Assembly (NCBI GenBank): GCA_022703055.1
Contig: JAKLEP010000001.1
Span: 346,850 to 410,849 of the forward strand
Direction: 5' to 3'
Length of the DNA stretch: 64,000 nucleotides
Source of the DNA: Candidatus Omnitrophota bacterium
Lineage (GTDB): Bacteria; Omnitrophota; Gorgyraeia; VGKH01
Below the pieces are notes generated by a model that worked only from the letters and a program-made list of their open reading frames with translations, was not told the origin of the DNA and did no database searches. This document shows, piece by piece, positions 57,585 to 64,000 of the stretch. A program made the translations under genes and the position numbers. How positions within the stretch are numbered: the stretch's first letter is position 1; every line of letters starts with the position of its first letter.

Positions 57585-59360
57585 ATGAAGAATAGATTCT
57601 TATCCTTAATATTAGTGGGTTCTTTGGTGGTTTTGCTTTTCTGCAATTTGGCGTTCGCTGAGAAGATAGCTATTGTTTATACGGGCAATACCTCATCAAG
57701 CCTTTATCCCTGTCATTGCCCGGCTGCCCCAAATGGCGGAATCGCACGTCGAGCTACGAAGATAAAAGAGCTGCGTAAAGACTATCAGAATCTTTTATTG
57801 CTTGATAGCGGAAATTTCTTCGCTTCCGGACAGCAGGATATCGATTCAACGACTCCGGAATTGGATAAGAAGCGCACAGAGATTAATTTCAGCGGCATGG
57901 AAAAAATGGGATATGATGCTGTCAATATCGGATCTGATGAGTTTGACTTCGGCAAGGATTTCCTGCAGGATAAGATTAATAGAAAAAAGATAGCATTTTT
58001 GTCATGCAGCCTTGATTTGCCGGGAGTTATGCCTTACGTGATTAAGAAAGTAGGCAATACCAGAGTTGGCATTATCGGCGTTTCTCCTTTGGAGATTAAA
58101 ATCGGAGGCTTTGAATCAAAGCAAGAATTCCAGGATGTATCAAAGAAAATCCAGGAGAATATTGATGCCTTGAAGAAGAAAAAAGTTGATATAGTGATAT
58201 TGCTAAGCCAGCTGGGATTGAATTTTGACAAGCAATTATCGGAAGAGGTCAAAGGAATAGACATCATTGTTAATAATCTGTCAGGCGCAGAAGTACCAGA
58301 GCAATTAAATTCGGTTAAATACCTTACTCCTTTTCAGTGGGGAAGAACTCTGGGATTGTTAGAATTAGACCTCGAGCAAGGTAAGATAAAAGATGCGGCA
58401 AGAAAGGATATTCCTATGAGTAAGGACATCTTCGATGATGGAGAAGTGAAATCTTCATTGCCGGTCTGCTTCCGGGATTATGATTGCTACAAGCCAGAAG
58501 TGGTTTTTAAATGTCAGTCTGCTGGAGAAAAGAATGCGGCCTGTGTGTATGAGCCAATCGCCAAAGTCAATGTTACGGTAATAAGCCCTAAGATGTGCAA
58601 GACCTGCAATGTCAGTGATACTCTTAAGCTGACTGCAGACCGGATACCGATTGGCGAGGTCTCTTATCTGGACAGCGAATCCACGGAAGCAAAAGAGATT
58701 ATCGCAAAGCTAGACTTTAGCATGTTGCCGGTATATATATTGTCAAAAGAGATAACTAAACATCCCAATTATCAATATTTTTCAAATGGCCATACCGTGA
58801 TAGAAAAGAACGGATATTATTTTCTCAATCCGGTTATCGTCGGGGTATCGTATTTTCTTAACAGGTCTTTTCAGGCTGGTAGGCTGGATTTGTTTATAAG
58901 CCTGAGGGACAAAATGGCCAAAAAGGCGCTGGAGAAAACCAGGGATTTGCTTGCCAAGTTAGGGAAAAAGATAGATTTTCACATCCATTTCTTGGCTGTA
59001 GAGGATAAGAAGCTAGGTAATTTTAGTGCTCCTTTCGGGGATGCGGAAATAGCCGAAGACAAACAGGCATTATGCATCATTTCCAAATATCCTAACAAGA
59101 TGTGGGAATACATGTTTTGCCATATCGATAATTTAGGGAAAGACAGTCTTTCTCTTTGCTCAAAAAAACTAGGTTTAGATCAGAAAAAAATAAAGCAATG
59201 TGTTGACTCGCAGGCATCGACAGAGCTCTTGAGCAAGAATATAAGCTTAGTCGAGGAACTAAAGATTTCTTACGGTCCTTTATTCCTTTTAAATAACCAG
59301 GAGATATTCGGGATTAAAGAAGACACAACAGTGGACGAATTAGAAAAGCTAATTAAATAA
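57585..59360 (+). CDS. Secreted protein with a degenerate 5'-nucleotidase/metallophosphatase-like N-domain and Cys-rich, thioredoxin-like C-terminal regions
   Basis: 591 aa. UshA-like block order, but metal ligands are replaced (YTGNTSS, DSGNFF, GSDEFD, SQLG). PCHCP and CKTC motifs are present. Confidence 0.4.
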   Translation: MKNRFLSLILVGSLVVLLFCNLAFAEKIAIVYTGNTSSSLYPCHCPAAPNGGIARRATKIKELRKDYQNLLLLDSGNFFASGQQDIDSTTPELDKKRTEINFSGMEKMGYDAVNIGSDEFDFGKDFLQDKINRKKIAFLSCSLDLPGVMPYVIKKVGNTRVGIIGVSPLEIKIGGFESKQEFQDVSKKIQENIDALKKKKVDIVILLSQLGLNFDKQLSEEVKGIDIIVNNLSGAEVPEQLNSVKYLTPFQWGRTLGLLELDLEQGKIKDAARKDIPMSKDIFDDGEVKSSLPVCFRDYDCYKPEVVFKCQSAGEKNAACVYEPIAKVNVTVISPKMCKTCNVSDTLKLTADRIPIGEVSYLDSESTEAKEIIAKLDFSMLPVYILSKEITKHPNYQYFSNGHTVIEKNGYYFLNPVIVGVSYFLNRSFQAGRLDLFISLRDKMAKKALEKTRDLLAKLGKKIDFHIHFLAVEDKKLGNFSAPFGDAEIAEDKQALCIISKYPNKMWEYMFCHIDNLGKDSLSLCSKKLGLDQKKIKQCVDSQASTELLSKNISLVEELKISYGPLFLLNNQEIFGIKEDTTVDELEKLIK

Positions 59361-59372
59361 TAAGGAGAGTTT

Positions 59373-60608
59373 ATGAAGCCGAAAATTTATATCATCGACG
59401 TCACCAACCGGGATGGCGTGCAGACTTCAAGGATCTGCCTTTCGAAGCTGCAGAAGACGATGCTGAATTTGTATCTGGATAAAATGGGGGTTTTTCAGAG
59501 CGAATTTGGATTCCCGGTGACAAAACACGAAACAAATTATCTTAACGCCAACCTGGAATTGGCGGAAAAGAAAGTTTTTTCTTATTTAAAGCTTGGCGGG
59601 TGGCTGCGGGCTACGGTTGAAGACGTGCAGACCGCTTTTAAATTAGTCCCCGGCTTAAAGAATGTCAATCTGTCAATTTCAACTTCCGACCAGATGATTA
59701 TGCATAAATTCAAGGGCAAGCTTGACCACAAAAGCATATTACAGGAGATGGCCGAGTCGGTTAAAAAAGCGAAAAAAGAAGGTGCCGAGCTCGTGGGGGT
59801 TAACGCCGAAGATGCTTCCCGTACGAGAATGGAATACCTTATTGAATTTTCTTCTGCCGCCAAAGAGGCAGGCGCAGACAGGATACGCTACTGCGATACC
59901 CTGGGTTTTGATTCTCCGTTTACAATCTACGACAGGATAAAACAGCTTGCTCAGGAAGTAAAGATGCCAATTGAAATCCACTGCCATAATGATTTGGGAA
60001 TGGTGGTGGCTAATTCCATCGCCGGGGCGAAAGCCGCCAATGATTCAGGGTGCGATGCTTATATCAATACCTGCGTCAATGGCATGGGGGAGAGAGCGGG
60101 GAATGCTGATTTGGTTAGCGTAATTCTAGCCGTAAAGTATGCCAGCGGATTAAAAGATGAGTATACCCTGGATGAAAAGGTCGATTTAAAAGTCGCCTGG
60201 AAATTATGCAAATATGCATCTTATGCGTTTGGCGTGCCTATTCCCATCAATCAGCCGGGAATTGGGGCAAATGCATTTGCGCATGAATCCGGAATCCATG
60301 CCGACGGAGCGCTCAAAGACAGAAGGAATTATGAGCTTTATGATTTAGAGGAATTAGGCCGCGGCGAGCCCGAGATAATTGAAACCGGAAGAAAGATTAC
60401 TGCCGGAGAATACAGCGGAATCAAAGGCTTTAGAAACGTTTACGAGAAGCTGGAAGTTGTCTTTAAGGATGATAAAGAGGCGGCGGAGGTTCTGGAGTTG
60501 GTAAGATACGCTAACGTTCATAATCAGAAGCCACTTGTTGAGGAGGAATTGCAGTTTATCGCCCAGCATCCGAAGATCGCCAGAAAAATATTCACCATGT
60601 CACCATAG
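59373..60608 (+). CDS. HMGL-like synthase of the LeuA/CimA/NifV family (citramalate or homocitrate synthase-like, short form)
   Basis: 411 aa. Motifs DVTNRDGVQ, HCHNDLGMVVAN, GERAGNA. Lacks the LeuA C-terminal regulatory domain. Confidence 0.7.
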   Translation: MKPKIYIIDVTNRDGVQTSRICLSKLQKTMLNLYLDKMGVFQSEFGFPVTKHETNYLNANLELAEKKVFSYLKLGGWLRATVEDVQTAFKLVPGLKNVNLSISTSDQMIMHKFKGKLDHKSILQEMAESVKKAKKEGAELVGVNAEDASRTRMEYLIEFSSAAKEAGADRIRYCDTLGFDSPFTIYDRIKQLAQEVKMPIEIHCHNDLGMVVANSIAGAKAANDSGCDAYINTCVNGMGERAGNADLVSVILAVKYASGLKDEYTLDEKVDLKVAWKLCKYASYAFGVPIPINQPGIGANAFAHESGIHADGALKDRRNYELYDLEELGRGEPEIIETGRKITAGEYSGIKGFRNVYEKLEVVFKDDKEAAEVLELVRYANVHNQKPLVEEELQFIAQHPKIARKIFTMSP

Positions 60609-61898
<1,290 letters not shown>

Positions 61899-61971
61899 TA
61901 AGTCCTTGACTTTGAGAACCGATTGTGTTATTGTTAAGTCTATCCAAAAAAGCCAAAAAAGGAGGTTAGCT

Positions 61972-62640
61972 ATGAGTAGGCCCATAGCAAGAATTTTCCA
62001 GCTATTTGTAATTATAATAATTAGCTTGGGATTAGTAGGCTGCACCATCATATTTCAAAAGGGAAGACGCTCGGATGTCGAGAGAATAAGTGACCTGGAA
62101 GACCAATTAAGCCAGTTAAGGAACACTAAATCGCTCCTGGAAGACAAGCTCAAACAAGAAATTGCCGACAAACAGGTGCGTTTGGAATTGACTGATAAAG
62201 GATTGGTCATTACCTTCGTAGCTGAAGTACTTTTTGATTCCGGCAAAGCCAAGATTAAACCAGAGGCATACTCTTCATTGGATAAGGTAGCAGGTATTAT
62301 CCAACAGGAAGTTCCGAACATGGAAATAGGCGTAGAAGGGCACACGGATAATCAACCTATAAAGTATTCTGGATGGAAGTCAAACTGGGAATTATCCAGC
62401 GCCAGAGCAATGAGCGTTTTACATTATTTAGTTGACCAAAAAGGGCTAGCTCCTGAAAAAGTATCTGCCATTGGTTGCGGAGAATTCAGGCCAGTAGCCT
62501 CGAATGATACTGTTGAAGGAAGAAAAACAAATAGAAGAGTCGAGATTATAATTCTTCCGAAATTTATCAAATCTAAGGGCGCTGCAAAGGCTTCGACTCA
62601 GAGCGCCGCCTTAGAAGAGCCGGAAGAAAATTTAAAATAA
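61972..62640 (+). CDS. OmpA/MotB-family peptidoglycan-binding lipoprotein with a coiled-coil linker
   Basis: Start at ATG 61972 (SD AAGGAGG). Lipobox LVGC. C-terminal motif GHTDN...SNWELSSARA...NRRVEI. Confidence 0.8.
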   Translation: MSRPIARIFQLFVIIIISLGLVGCTIIFQKGRRSDVERISDLEDQLSQLRNTKSLLEDKLKQEIADKQVRLELTDKGLVITFVAEVLFDSGKAKIKPEAYSSLDKVAGIIQQEVPNMEIGVEGHTDNQPIKYSGWKSNWELSSARAMSVLHYLVDQKGLAPEKVSAIGCGEFRPVASNDTVEGRKTNRRVEIIILPKFIKSKGAAKASTQSAALEEPEENLK

Positions 62641-62675
62641 TTTATTTAATCAGATAAGAGAGGAAATATAGTAAT

Positions 62676-63032
62676 ATGTTAGACGAACAGCTTAAGGATA
62701 GGATTTTGATTGCCTTGTCTATTTTGACCGTGATGTGCCTGGTTTTAGCAATCAGCGCAAGCCTCGCTTCTTCTAAAAGCAAAAGAGCTCTTCAGAAAGA
62801 GATGATATTGCGTATGGAGAACGAAGAAAAGCTATCCACTTTGACACCAAAGATGGATTCCGTCGAAGCTCAGCTTAAGAATGCCCAGGCCAATATTGAT
62901 GGCTTGAATAAGCAATTAGAGGACCAAAACCTGATAAATAAAGAGTTGGGAAGAGAACTGAAGGAAATGACTGAATTAAAGAAGGTTTTGGAGAAGAATC
63001 TTAAAGAAACTCTCGCTAGATGTAGGCAGTAA
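62676..63032 (+). CDS. Hypothetical membrane-anchored coiled-coil protein
   Basis: 118 aa. One N-terminal TM, then heptad-rich sequence. Confidence 0.5.
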   Translation: MLDEQLKDRILIALSILTVMCLVLAISASLASSKSKRALQKEMILRMENEEKLSTLTPKMDSVEAQLKNAQANIDGLNKQLEDQNLINKELGRELKEMTELKKVLEKNLKETLARCRQ

Positions 63033-63096
63033 CTTTAATATTTTATGAATTTTTCATTTCATTAATTTTTCGATTATACTTAACTTGTTTTTTCAT

Positions 63097-63123
63097 AAAT
63101 GGGGGATAGATATCCCCCATTTT
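63097..63123 (+). terminator. Rho-independent terminator
   Basis: AAATGGGGGATA-GA-TATCCCCCATTT hairpin followed by TTCG. Confidence 0.55.
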
Positions 63124-63157
63124 CGTAAGAGTAAGTAATTTTAGTGGAAAATAATTT

Positions 63158-63868
63158 ATGGATAATCTTCCGCAGCATATAGCAATAATCATGGATGGAA
63201 ACGGCCGGTGGGCCAAACAGAGAGGCCTGCCCCGGGCAGCCGGACATAAAGCCGGGATAGATAATTTTAAGAAAATAGTTAAGGATGCAAACGGGATCGG
63301 CATAAAGTATTTGACTTTGTTTGCTTTCTCGACGGAAAACTGGAAGAGGCCGAAGACAGAAGTCGGAATGTTAATGCGGGCACTGGAAAAATTCCTCGAT
63401 AGGGAATTAGCCGAGTTAAACAAAAATAATATCAGGCTAAGGATAGTCGGCAGGGATGACCCAATCCCGAAAAATATTATCGATAAATTAAAAAAAGCTG
63501 AAGGCCAGACAAAAAACAATACCGGCCTTACTCTAAATTTAGCCTTGAACTACGGCTCAAGGACCGAGATAGTCGACGCGGCCAAAAAGCTGGCTAAATC
63601 AATATTGAATAAAACCATAAATATCGAAGATGTTGATGAGAGAGTTTTTTCCGAATTTTTATACACAGCCGATACGCCCGACCCGGATCTTTTGATTCGT
63701 ACCTCCGGAGAAATGCGTATAAGCAATTTTCTTTTGTGGCAGCTTTCTTACGCCGAGCTTTATTTTACAAATAAATTCTGGCCCGATTTTCACAAGGAAG
63801 ATCTGCTGGAAGCTATCAGAGAGTTTCAATCAAGGCAGAGACGTTTCGGTGATGTTAATCCGGTATAG
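63158..63868 (+). CDS. uppS: Undecaprenyl pyrophosphate synthase (cis-isoprenyl transferase)
   Basis: 236 aa. Motifs HIAIIMDGNGRWA, FAFSTENW.RP, IRTSGE.R.SNFLLWQ. Confidence 0.95.
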   Translation: MDNLPQHIAIIMDGNGRWAKQRGLPRAAGHKAGIDNFKKIVKDANGIGIKYLTLFAFSTENWKRPKTEVGMLMRALEKFLDRELAELNKNNIRLRIVGRDDPIPKNIIDKLKKAEGQTKNNTGLTLNLALNYGSRTEIVDAAKKLAKSILNKTINIEDVDERVFSEFLYTADTPDPDLLIRTSGEMRISNFLLWQLSYAELYFTNKFWPDFHKEDLLEAIREFQSRQRRFGDVNPV

Positions 63869-63871
63869 CAT

Positions 63872-64000
63872 ATGCTTAGTAAAAGAGTCATAACTTCATT
63901 TTTTTTAGTAGCGATTACGGTGCTAGCCATAATCTATAAATGGTTCTGCCCTGTATTTGCAATTTTCTTGATTATCGGCGGGCTTTACGAGTTCTTTAAA
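63872..64000 (+). CDS. cdsA: Phosphatidate cytidylyltransferase, N-terminal fragment (runs off the window)
   Basis: 43 codons of hydrophobic N-terminus (MLSKRVITSFFLVAITVLAII...). Called mainly from the conserved uppS-cdsA synteny. Confidence 0.55.
   Translation, partial: MLSKRVITSFFLVAITVLAIIYKWFCPVFAIFLIIGGLYEFFK

Overview
The window is an almost entirely plus-strand stretch of chromosome from a diderm bacterium. It is moderately AT-rich and probably comes from an uncultivated lineage; that is inference from the gene fusions and reduced domains, not a database result.

Gene order:
- Two tRNAs (Leu-UAG truncated at the edge, Gly-GCC).
- A permease-less PTS phosphorelay (ptsN, yvcK-like, ptsH, ptsI).
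- Central metabolism: cupin-type PGI, metK, ahcY, pfkA, class II aldolase.
- ilvD-ilvB-ilvH-ilvC-leuA and aroE.
- The only two minus-strand genes. One encodes a MshEN + PilZ c-di-GMP receptor preceded by a c-di-GMP-I (GEMM-I) riboswitch.
- Envelope and hypothetical genes, then pilD, aroC, aroK, dprA, topA, xerC.
- A large LPS supercluster: waaA, lpxK, an LpxL-ELM1 fusion, GT4/GT9 fusions, hldA-like kinase, kdsB/A/D/C, an LptC/LptA fusion, lptB.
- A PPIase-less tig, clpP, a serine pathway pair, an extracytoplasmic thiol-redox pair, purA, an OmpA-like lipoprotein, uppS and the start of cdsA.

Three things stand out.
1. The riboswitch plus dual c-di-GMP receptor locus at 19057-20103.
2. A structured intergenic element family with no known match. 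It has a GC-rich hairpin sharing the core CCCCGCCCT/AGGGCGGGG, followed by a covarying multi-stem module and a Shine-Dalgarno. Four intergenic copies were found, and two small GIY-YIG nuclease ORFs sit nested exactly inside hairpins of this type.
3. A very AT-rich 3.1 kb insertion that splits the LPS cluster at 41471-44571. It carries a 2-TM protein and a P-loop NTPase, which look like an uncharacterised conflict or defence module.

All protein calls rest on motifs read from the supplied translations. No searches were run.
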